NCBI GenBank assembly: GCA_030704615.1
Contig: JAKLZA010000242.1
Coordinates: forward strand, 1-24,626
Origin: Takakia lepidozioides
Taxonomy: Eukaryota; Plantae; Bryophyta
Reading direction: 5' to 3'
Length of the DNA: 24,626 nt
How positions within the stretch are numbered: position 1 is the stretch's first letter; the number at the start of each line of letters is the position of its first letter. Positions 11,309 through 21,849 of this stretch are shown here, piece by piece. The position numbers and the translations under genes are program-made. The notes under the pieces were generated by a model that saw only the letters and a list, made by a program, of their open reading frames with translations, had not been told where the DNA came from and ran no database searches.

Positions 11309-14300
11309 CTACTTTCCTACACCCTCCGAGGAGCTTGCCCCACCTTCTTCCTCATCCCCCTCATCCCCCTCATCCTCCGAGCTCTGTGATGCATCAGTTC
11401 CACTATGCCTCTCAAAAATCCCGTCCTCTCCTTGGGGGACTGTCCACCTCACCTCCTGGGAATCTTCTGCGTCTTCTCCCCCACTTTCCTCAGCAAAATC
11501 CAAGACAAATCTACGAGCCCGACGGGCTCTAATAGCTGCTGCCTCCTCCCTCATCTTCATTTTCTTGAGGCTTGCCTCGTCTAAAATCTGCTGTACACGA
11601 CTAGGTTCGGAACACCTCCTAATGGACACCGAAGCAAGCCGGGCAGCATAAGTAGGAAGGATGTACTCCCTTTCTGGACTAGGCATGAAATCCCCCCTGG
11701 CAAAAAAATGCACGTTCCTCCTGCCCATGAACTCCGGTGTAGACGTCCCTCCGGCAGTACTTGGCATCCTACAGTAAGAACAAATCCACTTCAAGAATGT
11801 CAATACCAGCACAACCAGAAAGGGTTTTCAATGAAATAAGAGAGCGGAGGGAGGTGCCTCACGAAATCTGGAGGCAACTTACAATGCCACCACTCACTCG
11901 TAAACCGGGGGCTCCTCGGCCTCGATCCCAACTTCCTCCCCCTGCTCCTTCTCGGATTTTTCCTCATCCTCCGAGGATGCCTCTTCCTCTTTCGGCAGAC
12001 GTTCAGCCGCTGCAAGTTCCGAGTTGTGGAGGGCAGTATCTGGCTCGAAGGCGAACACATGCCTGTCGGACAACGTCCCTGCCCACATTGAAGCACCTGA
12101 GGAACAAAGCGGGCGGTTAATAGCTTGCGGCATGCAATTGCAATCGGGCCAGGGGACAAACTGAGCACGTGAAGGCTTACCCGTGCCGCATGTGAGGTCC
12201 AGAATCCGCCCTTGGACATCCGAGCACGTCTCCATGAGGGTTTGGATGAAAGCAGGGCTCCGGGTCCGGCTGTACCGCCACGGTTTGCCTGTCTTTGTGT
12301 CCTTCGGCATACTGGAGTGGGGCACATAGTTGTAGAGGACATCGTAGGTTACAGGGTCCACAGCGGCATCAACAAGATGACCGTCGTTGCAGAATTTGAA
12401 CGTAGACTCTCTCTTCACAAAGCAATATGCCTCAAACACCAATGTCTGCACATCCAACAAAGAAGGGATCAACTCCAGGGTCTACTTAACATACACCACA
12501 ATATGAAGTGAATGCAATAGATTGATAACTTACACTTTGGCCCTCTGTTTGCAACCCCTGTGTACTGATGCAGAACCATTTTATGAGGAGGACCGGGGTG
12601 ACACTTTTTGGTGTCCACCTTGCCACCGCATTCTCTGTGGTCTTCCCTCTCGTGGCAAGGACAACCACACATCCACCGTCATCCAGAAGCATCCCCGCCA
12701 GCCCAAACCCGGCTTTCCAGTAGTCCTCAGTAAACCTGTTCCAGGTGGGCACACCATCCAGGCCCTCCAGCAGCTCCCCATCTGGAATGTCGAGGAGAAT
12801 CATGTCGCAAGCTCTCTCCACCTCAACCCCCCCCCGAGTGCTCTTGCAATCCGTGCTCACAGCCGTGAAGAGTTCCATCATGGCTTCAAAACCAGGGGTG
12901 TCTTTAGGCTCTGTACCGCCAGCCCTCTTCTTGGCTTTCCCCTTCTGCTCCGCCAGAGACTTGCTGTGTGCCACCTTCTTTGCCCTGGCAGCGAGAGCGT
13001 CAAGGAAGCTCTCATTGACGCATTGGATGATGGTTGGAGGTTCTAGCTTTGGCCTGTGCGTAAACGTCACCGCCGAATACCGTCGTGTAGGCTCACCCTC
13101 AAATGCCAACTTCTTGGCAGAGCCAGTCCCACTCCGAACTGACTTGGGAACCCGGACGACCGGTGACTGGGTAGGAGCAACAGCAGTCGCATGACCTTGA
13201 ACAAAGTCGTCGTCCGAGTCACTCTCTTGGGTCCCCTCCTGCGCCTCCTCCGATGCCCCGATGGTTTTCTTCTTTTTGGGTGTTACTGCACTCACCTGTT
13301 TCCTTGTCCTTTTCCTTTGGCCTTTACTCTTCTCATGCAATTTCTCATGAATTCCTGCCTGAGCAAGCTCTGCCGCTTTCCTGGAGTTCGCAAGCGCTTT
13401 TGCCTCTTTTGCACCCAACGGAGGCAACGGAGCCCGGTTTCGTCGGAATTCAGCATCCAGCTTCAATTGAAACTCGGATGGGTCGAGCGAGCCGGACGGA
13501 AGGTCCACATACCAAGGGCAATCACGCAAATGTTCCAGATGCGACTCCTTCACAATATCGTCAGTGTACATGGAGTCAGCCCCAGGGTTCCTCCATGCCA
13601 GGAAGAATGGTGGCTCGAAAGACAGATGACCTTTCTCCAAAAGGGAGAACTTGCAGTACCTGCATTCATGAAAAACACAATGAGGTCCCTGAAATGCATA
13701 TTCGGCACCATTTTCCCAGGTTGGGGCGGATGTGAGTGGGCCTAGAAATGGAAAAATGGCACCGAATTTCGGTTTTCGGTGACTGCCACCTAGGGACTTA
13801 GCCATCTTGGGAGCCCTGAACTGGAAATTCGGCGCCATTTTTCCCGGTTTGGCCCGAAGATGGCTAAGTCCCAGAACCGCAATAGGGCCTAGAACTGGAA
13901 AAATGGCGCCGAATTTCCAGTTCAGGGCCAGCCACCCTAGGGACTTAGCCCGAAAATGGCTAAGTCTTTGAACGGCAATAGGGCCTAGAACTGGAAAAAT
14001 GGCGAAGAATTTCCAGTTCAGGGCCAGCCACCCTAGGGACTTAGCCCGAAAATGGCTACGTCCCTGAACGGCAATAGGGCCTAGAACTGGAAAATGGCGC
14101 CGAATTTCCACTTCAGGGCCAGCCACCCTAGGGACTTAGCCTGAAAATGGCTAAGTCCCTGAACGGCAATAGGGCCCGGAACTGGAAAATGGCGCCGAAT
14201 TTCCAGTTCAGGGCCAGCCAGTCTAGGGACTTAGCCCGAAAATGGCTAAGTCCCTAAACGGCAATAGGGCCTAGAACTGGAAAATGGCGCCGAATTTCCA

Positions 14301-14977
14301 GTTCCGGGCCAGCCAGTCTAGGGACTTAGCCCGAAAATGGCCAAGTCCCTGAACGGCAATAGGGCCTAGAACTGGAAAATGGCGCCGAATTTCCAGTTCA
14401 GGGCCAGCCAGTCTAGGGACTTAGCCATTTTCGGAGCCCTGACTGGAAATTCGGCGCCTTTTCCCTAACACCACATGAGGCCTCTAACATCCTGAAATGC
14501 AAGGACTTGAAATAAAGGCAGCGCGTATGTACCTGTACAGAAGGCGCATTGCTGCTTTGTCCGCGTTCGGCTGGTCGGTGAACTCGTGGCTCCGGCGAGC
14601 ATCTGCTATCTCCCGAAAGAATAGGTTGGTTTTGTAGAGCAGAAAGTACCTCGTCACATAATCGCGTAGGCTCTCTGCTGCAAAAGATATCTCCATCTTG
14701 AACTGATGTGCTTGTGTGTCCAACTGCTCTTGCGCATTCGTCGTCACCTGTGGAGATTCTCCATCAGATCGCTTTCCTGAAAAAATACAATGAATCCACC
14801 CCCTACTAGAGTAGAAGCCCCAAACGAAGCGTGGGGAAGTACCTGAAACCACCATGTCATGCGGTTCATCCACATGTTGAATGTGGGGTCAGAGAGTTTG
14901 TCCGGTTTGGGGAAGCTCCACATGTCCCTGGTACTTTGGGAACCATTCCAGATTTGGAGTCACCGGGTCTGTCCAAC
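11309..14977 (-). CDS. Multi-exon gene for a beta-class (permuted) DNA N4C/N6A methyltransferase-like protein, interrupted 5' by element 2; exons 14977-14843, 14747-14533, 13659-12534, 12445-12181, 12096-11898, 11768-11309
   Basis: Five GT-AG introns with compatible phases (0,2,0,1,2) give 2400 nt (800 codons). Motif order: IV (CDMILLDIPDG), V/VI (WNRF..YW..LLDDGGCVVVL), X (RSPAFIQTLMETCS), I (RILDLTCGTG|ASMWAG), II (RHVFAFEPD). One TGA lies near the insertion site (~14960). Confidence 0.8.
13738..14465. repeat. 95/96-bp tandem array (~6-7 units) with internal hairpins, inside intron 13660-14532
   Basis: Unit starts (GGGCC) at 13885, 13981, 14077, 14172, 14267, 14362; inverted sub-units near 13815-13845 and 14438-14465. 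Confidence 0.93.
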
Positions 14978-16056
14978 TGTAGTGTGAATGCAGGGGAGTG
15001 AACATTACATATGTTTACCATTACGACCTGCATCACTATGACGGGAGTGCCCGTCATCCCAACTGCAGAAAGGATGTATCCCTTCATGTAGGTAATTTCA
15101 TGAGCGCACTGAGCTTATGCTTTGCCAGGAGAAAATGGCTAAGTCATGACGGTACACATTTTCATCCATGCGATGAACGTTTTCATCACTGGTTCTTGAC
15201 CTAAAAGATCGCGGGTTGAGAAAAACGAAGAGGAAGATGACGGATGGCTCGTAGCGGCTGTTGCAAGCAGTGGTGTCGGCAGGGCAGCCTGTGTTAGGAG
15301 GTTGTACCTGCGCGGTGGGATCTTGCTTGGCTTAGGAAGTGGCATTAAGACGCCTCTGCTTGGTATTCTGTGTAGAAAGAAGCGGTGCCGCCTCTCTCGT
15401 AGTGATGATCAATTCCAAGAGATAGAAGCATGTAAGGAAAGCGGCGCACCACCACTGCCGCCAGTGCCTTGAAGATGATAGTTATGGGCAGATGAGCAAG
15501 CAAGGAAAAGGCCAGCTGCTGAAAGCACAGGGAAGAGAGTCTGGGCACAATCAATGGGGGGAGGTAAAGCATGTGGAGTGCTGGCTGTATGGTATCTCAG
15601 GTTCTTTGTCATCAAGCTTCTAGCTGCTTTGTGTCTCCTTGTTATAGGACCAGGCCAATTCGTGAGGAAGAATTGCATAGCGTAATCTGGTTGTCAGGCC
15701 CCGGGATGGTCCAAGTGAAGAAGGGGAGCCATCATGGCGTCATAAGGTCTGGAATCAAGACAAAGAGTAAGGGTTGAAGTGGCTGCTGACGGGCGATGGC
15801 AAGGTGCCACCTTGACAGGCAGACCCGCCGCTTCACTAGTGGATAAAAACAGATAAGTCTATGAACAGTGGCCCTTTTTTGGTGAACTTAGAAATTGCTT
15901 TGGTAGATTTAGGACTGCCATCTTGGCAGAAGAGAAAAGGTGGAGACATGTGACAAGAAAAAGTTTTTGAAATGGGAATGGAGACTCTGGACTTCAGACC
16001 AGAACGTGGAAAGGATGGATGCACCTGATGTTGTGATGACAGTGAGAGAAATAAGT

Positions 16057-16124
<68 letters not shown>

Positions 16125-17207
16125 CATGTTCGTCACTGAATTCAGAATGGTCACTATTGTCTTCATTCTTGCATTCTGATTCAGTGTCATAAACCTGGAC
16201 ACCATGCTGCCGTGTGTAGTGATAACCTGGAACCAATGTAGATCTGGCTTGTTTGTTTGGAGAGATCAATGATGGTTAGCCGGAGCTGCAAAAAACATGG
16301 AAAGGATAAGGTGATTTCAGTATGGGATCAGGATCTGAACAACTGCGTTCCACAGTTGAAGGGAAAAGAGGGATGTTGGGGTATTTGAGTTGAAGTCTGA
16401 CAAAAGAGATGAGAGCTGTTTGAGCGATGGGTCATTGGAAAAGGGGACAAGAGAGAGAGAAAGAGAGAGAGACTGATGGATGGGATGGTTGTGTCTCGAG
16501 AGACCAAGGATGACTTCAAGGCTGGCTGCACTGGATGCCTAGCAGAGTGTGCATTTACATTACATGACAGATCTGCTGCTGTGAAATAGTGGGGAACCTG
16601 GGGACATAGACAGAGATAGAGAAACAGACAAAAGGGGAAAAGAAAGAGAGAGAGTGAAAAATGGGATTTGGGTAAGGAGAGAGCTGCAATTCAAAAGGGC
16701 TGTTGGGGGGTTGGCCAATTTGGGGAGATGAGATGAAGAAAACCTGAAACCTGAAGGAAACCAGTGCCCCTGCAGACCATGAAGATCTGAGCTGCCTCCT
16801 CCTAAATCTGTGTCACCACTACAAAAAGGGGATTTCCGACCTGTCACTGCTCAAGTGGGCTTCACATAAAGGATCGTGTTTACCGCTGCCATTGGGCTGA
16901 TTTGCATCACTGAACACATAGCACCAGCATAGCTGGTGCTGTACCTGCAGGTAGGGGATGTTGTGTAAAAGGAAGAACCAAGAGTGAACAACAAATTGAC
17001 TCCCCATCCATGTCTTCTCTTCCGCTGCGGCGTGGATGAGGATTGCTTGAACTCTGATCACGAAGGAGCTGAGGGAAACCCACAGCCAAGTGACGACAGT
17101 TGGACAGATTAGAAGAACGTTTCTTTCCTTTTGCTCCGCTTAGAATGGAGGGGAGCACAATTAGAATTATACAGAAGGGGATTCACGCCCCTTCTTTTCA
17201 CACTACA
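14978..17207 (+). repeat. 5' LTR of element 2 (~2230 bp)
   Basis: Starts TGTAGTGTGAA and ends TTCACACTACA (11-bp perfect terminal inverted repeat). The first ~1420 bp are repeated at 23195-24626; the 3' boundary is inferred from the inverted repeat only. Confidence 0.85.
16060..16124 (+). repeat. (GA)n microsatellite within the LTR (shorter copy at ~24282-24327)
   Basis: Direct reading. Confidence 0.92.
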
Positions 17208-17268
17208 CAACCACCCAGCATATTCGTAAGCGCCAAACACCACAAAAAGGAGTTGTTGCCACCACAAT

Positions 17269-19980
17269 TTGGTTAAGAATGTATCACCTTTTCTGTTGCA
17301 TCCACACAGGATGTGGCTAGACGATGGAGCTTCTCCAATGTCATCGTGGGCTTCAGGGCGCGAGAGTAGTGCTTCCCCACCTCCACCAGAAAGTCGGCAC
17401 CAAGGGCGGGATCAGCTATGGCCACGTACGTTACCAATGGACACCATTAAACAGGAGAGTAGACAAAGGGTTCAAACATACTTCGATAGGTTGAACCGGT
17501 TATTTATAAGAAGTGGGGCGTCTGATTTGGAACAGAGGCGTAGATTTGCAGCAGGTTTGAGACCAGAAATAGCAAGAGTAATGCTGGACAGGCGCTTCCT
17601 TGATGTAGAGGAAGCACTTGACACAGCCATTGAGATTGAAAGGGGCCTGGGAAAGTTAGGGGAAATACCTCTAGAGCCATTGGAAGGAGATGATACAGAT
17701 GAGTCAGTTGTGTTTGTTAACCCTCTGGACAGAAGACTTGATCAGCTGAACACTACCCTACAGAAGTACTTTGATAGGGGACCAGTCATAGGAGAAAGCT
17801 CGGGATCTAGAACACCACCTCGTGTTCGCCTTTGTAATGTTTGTCACAAAGAAGGTCACATAGCTGCATATTGTCCTGAAGGAAGAACCCCAGCTAAGTG
17901 TGACAAATGTCACCGGTTCGGGCATTCCACAGAAATGTGTGGTGTAAGATGCAACTTTTGCAAGCTACTCGGGCATACGAAGAGTGAGTGCAGTAGAAAT
18001 CTTGACCAAACTATGATGGGAACTCCGGGAACTAACTTTGTAGATGTGTTCTATGATGATGAGGATGATGTACTCGCAGAGATGACAGATCTGATGTCAC
18101 AAAATAGTATCAATGAAGTCAGACTTCCAAGGACACGCATACCTATCCAGAGTCCGATTGTTGAACCTACAGGGTCACCAGAAAGGAATAGTGAGAGCAG
18201 TGAACAGCCAAGCAAGACAAAGAGTGAAATCTACCCAAAGAACAATTTCAAGAATGCTATAGAAGGAGGTACGAAATCCAGAATCTTGAACCACTTCTAC
18301 AAAGGGAGAATATCGTTGTCGCCCATGGACCTGATCATGACTGTGCCCGGAGAGCTAGACAAATTGAAAGGGCTGGTCAAAGTGGTGGAAAGAGCAATGG
18401 TCCAACAAAGGGAGACAACTCACAGTGTAGAAGTTGTGAAGGATGTACCAAGGCCTTTGTACTCAGCACACGCTGAGCCCACGATCTCGTATGCTTATAC
18501 TGGTAAGGTAAAAGCGCTTCATGTAATGATTACAATGGGAGATTACCAAGTATTAGGCCAGATTAACACTGGTGCCATGCTTTCTGTAATATCAGCTAGT
18601 ACAGTCAGGGATCTTGGTTTGATGGGATCTGTCATTACTAGTAAGGATGTGAATTACAGAGTAGCCTCAGGTGCTCTTGAGACTGCAATGGGCAGACTTG
18701 AGGACATCAAGGTCAAAGTAGGAGAACTGACCAATCGTTTGTCCTTTATGGTGGTGAACACGGATACATATCACATGCTGCTGGGATTAGACTTTCTCAA
18801 AAAGTTTGGCGCTGTAGTGGACACCGAAGCTGAAACAATTTGCGTACGCTATGGGCCAGGAAAGGATTTTGCTCACTTCCCTTTGCACACCATCAATTAT
18901 AATGAGCCTGCAGTTACCAAAACAGCCTACCATAGAGGGGTCGAGAGTAGAATGAGATATGCAAGCAGTACGTCAGCAGGTAATGTCTTAACCCTGACGT
19001 CAGATGAACAGTACCTAGGCTTGTGGGAGAAGAAAAGAAAACCTGAGGAAGAATATGAGGACACGGAGGAAGCATCCTCAGGTTCTGACACCTCTAAATC
19101 TGATAAAGATGAGGAGATGGGAGGCTCTGAGGAGAGTAAGGAGGTAGAAACAGCACTGAGGGATGTTGAGGAAATAATAGACGATGTCAACCTAGGGGAG
19201 GACTTGTTCGAGGACCAAGGGATGTCTGAACTCCTCCAGGAAGAGACCCATAAGAGCATGGCTGCTGCCATAATACAAGAAGCTTACCAGAAAGCTTGGA
19301 ATGGTGAACTAGGGAACAACAACCTAGAAATAGAGGATGACTTCCATGATTGGAATCAGGTTGTCACACAAGAGGAAGGACAGAGAATGGCTAACTTTGT
19401 AAGCCAGGTGGAGGGAATGAATTGGGAACCCAGTCAAGAGGAAGAAATGGAGAGTCGTTGGAGAAGTCTGAAATCCAGACTGCACATCAACCCAGAACTG
19501 GCCCCAAAACATAGGATAGAGCTGGAGCAAGAGCTGAAAGCAAACCAGGAATGCTTTGCTCTTAGCAAGGTTGACTTGGGATACTGCAGAGAGGTGGAAC
19601 ACACAATTGACACACAAGGTTTTCCCCCTTGCAGAAGTCGTCCCAGCCGCCTATCAGAATGGGAGGAAGACGAGGTCCAAGGACAAATTGAGACTTTGAT
19701 CTCACAAGGCAAGATGAGAGAGAGTAGTTCAGAATGGTCGTGTCCAGTTACCCTTCCACCAAAAAAGGATGGATCCAAGCGGTTTTGTGGTGATTTTAGG
19801 CCAGTAAACCGTTTAACCAGAAGGGACTCTTACCCTATGCCATTAATTCAGGATGTTTTAAACCAGTTGGGGAAAGCCAAGTGTTTCTGCGCTGGATTTA
19901 CAATCTGGTTTTTGGCAGATCAAAATGGACGACCGAGACATAGGCAAAACAGCAGTGATCACAAAGAAGGGATTGTATGA
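17269..19980 (+). pseudogene. Gag (3 CCHC knuckles), protease (NTG), acidic spacer and N-terminal RT of element 2
   Basis: CNVCHKEGHIAAYC, CDKCHRFGHSTEMC, CNFCKLLGHTKSEC; GQINTGA..LLGLDFL; SEWSCPV..KKDGSKRFCGDFR..DSYPMP; frameshift at ~19886 before ALDLQSGFWQI. Confidence 0.9.
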
Positions 19981-20865
19981 ATGGCTAGTCATGCCATTCG
20001 GGCTAAAAAATGCCACTGCTACCTTTCAGAGAACGATGAATAGGGTGCTCAAGGAAGAAATCAAAGATTGCGCTAAAGTTTTTGTAGATGACGTCAATAT
20101 CCATAGCAAGGACTGGGGAGATCACGTGGGACATATAAAGAGAGTATTGAGCAAGGTTAGAAAGGCCAATCTTAGGCTCAATCCGGACAAGTGTTACTTT
20201 GCCAACTTACAGTTGGTATTCCTTGGGCATGTGATCTCTGAAGAGGGAACGTGGCCTGATCCAGATAAGATAGCTGCTATTGAAAGGTTTCCCTTGCCAA
20301 AAAACCACACTGCTCTCAAAAGCTACTTAGGCATGACAGGGTACTATAGGCCCTATGTCAAAGGATATGCTGGAGTGGCAGTACCGTTGTTCACTCTAAC
20401 CAAGAAGGATGTGAAGTTTATCTGGAGTGCAGAGGCACAAAACGCCTTTTCTGCCTTACAGGTGAAGTTGGTAACTGCTCCCATCCTGGCAAGACCAGAT
20501 TTCTCAAGACCGTTCGTCTTGGATGTTGATTGGTCCATCAAAGGAGTAGGGGCAGTCTTGTCACAAAAGGAGTATAAAAAGGAGAGGGTCATTGCATACG
20601 CCAGTAAGGTACTAACTGATGCTCAGCGCAAATATCACCCTATGGAAGGTGAATGCTATGCCCTGGTATGGGGAGTATTACACTTTCGGCAGTACCTGTA
20701 TGGAACCCCTTTTGTAATCAGGACTGATCACAAACCACTGGAGTGGTTGGCAACGGTAAGTGACGCATATGGACGCAGGGGTAGATGGATCATGATGTTA
20801 CAAGATTTTGAGTTTAAAACAGAGCAGGTGCTAGGCATGCTAACGTAGATGCACTAAGCAGGTAT
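19888..20865 (+). pseudogene. RT and RNase H of element 2
   Basis: MPFGLKNATATFQR, FVDD, FLGH, LDVDWS, EGECYA, RTDHKPL; frameshift at ~20818 before RAGARHANVDALSR. Confidence 0.92.
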
Positions 20866-20946
20866 CCAGTGGGACCAACAGAGGAAACCGAGGAAATCGA
20901 GGTATACTCTACTTCTCTGTACAGTCAGAAAAGAGAAGGGAGAAAG

Positions 20947-21264
20947 AGGGATGGAGCCTATCTTCTTAAGCTAGCTTGGGATAGGGGTGCCATCAATGCT
21001 TCGTTATTTCAATTTAAGGAGGGTAAGGAGGAGTTGAGAGAAGAAGCTCATAGGCAAGTAGGGTATAGCAGTGAAAAAGGGGAGATGATTTGCAAAAGAG
21101 AAGAGTACTATGCATGTGTATGGGGCCTTTGGCACTACAAGAAAATACTGTTGGGAAGTCATTTTTCTTTGGAAACAGATCTAGATCCATATTGGTGGCT
21201 GTACTCAGAGCACCACATAGGCATAGACTTACTTGGTGACTTTTCATTTGAGTTCGTTCCGGGC
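20947..21264 (+). other. Second, degenerate Ty3-type RNase H-like domain
   Basis: Colinear similarity to the element's own RNase H: YLLKLAWD/FVLDVDWS, EEYYACVWGLWHYKKILLGSHFSLETD/GECYALVWGVLHFRQYLYGTPFVIRTD, LGDFSFEF/LQDFEFK. Confidence 0.75.
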
Positions 21265-21849
21265 ATGGTAAGATCTTCCACAGGTAGAATGTTGACCAAG
21301 GATCATGGCATATTAAAGGGAGAACTGAAACCAGGCATAATGCCAGATGGAGAAGGAAAGAGGGTGACTTTTGCTGCACAGACTTTTGCTACAAAAAAAA
21401 CAAGGAAAGGGTATTGATCAATCAAGCTCTGTCAATCTGGTAAGGGAGGGTTTTTGGAAGGATAAGGGTGCAGGAGGGATAGAGGCTACTGCAATCAGCA
21501 ACAAGGAAAGGGAGCATCTGATGCCCTCTTGTCCCACCATCCATGTGATTACCCGAGGATCTCGTGCTCGTGATAAGGAGCTAAGCGAGGTACATCCAGC
21601 CTGTGAACTTGTGGAAGAGAGGTCGAACAATGAAAAGGGAAGCTTGCAAGAGACACCATTCCTTCAACACTTGACAAGCACTCCAACAACAAGAAGAACG
21701 CGGGTGACTTCCTCATCAGAATGCCCAGCCAAGGAAAACATGGGGGGTGAGTGTTCCACCAAGACGTTTTGTTCTTCAGACAGTGATGGAAAGATGGGGG
21801 AAAAGCTCTCTCATCAGCTCTGACCATCATACAGCAGCTGTTAAAGAGG

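Noticed and set aside
11894-11896. TGA as the end of the MTase gene
   Set aside because: It overlaps a perfect GTGAGT donor that splices in phase to exon 11768-11309; alternative termination cannot be excluded.
13660-14126. Repetitive N-terminus of the 546-aa ORF (FPVLGPIAV... repeats)
   Set aside because: Read-through of 96-bp repeat units inside an intron that has good phase-compatible splice sites (14532 and 13660).
13738-14465. CRISPR-like array (palindromic repeats)
   Set aside because: Whole units repeat with no unique spacers; no cas genes; eukaryotic context.
14998-17158. ORFs inside the element 2 LTR, including LSLSLS/ERERER peptides
   Set aside because: Microsatellite-derived or not frame-conserved between the LTR copies; no motifs.
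20947-21264. Archaeal-type additional RNase H of Tat elements
   Set aside because: Lacks FDG/NNxAEY-type motifs and instead resembles the element's own Ty3 RNase H.
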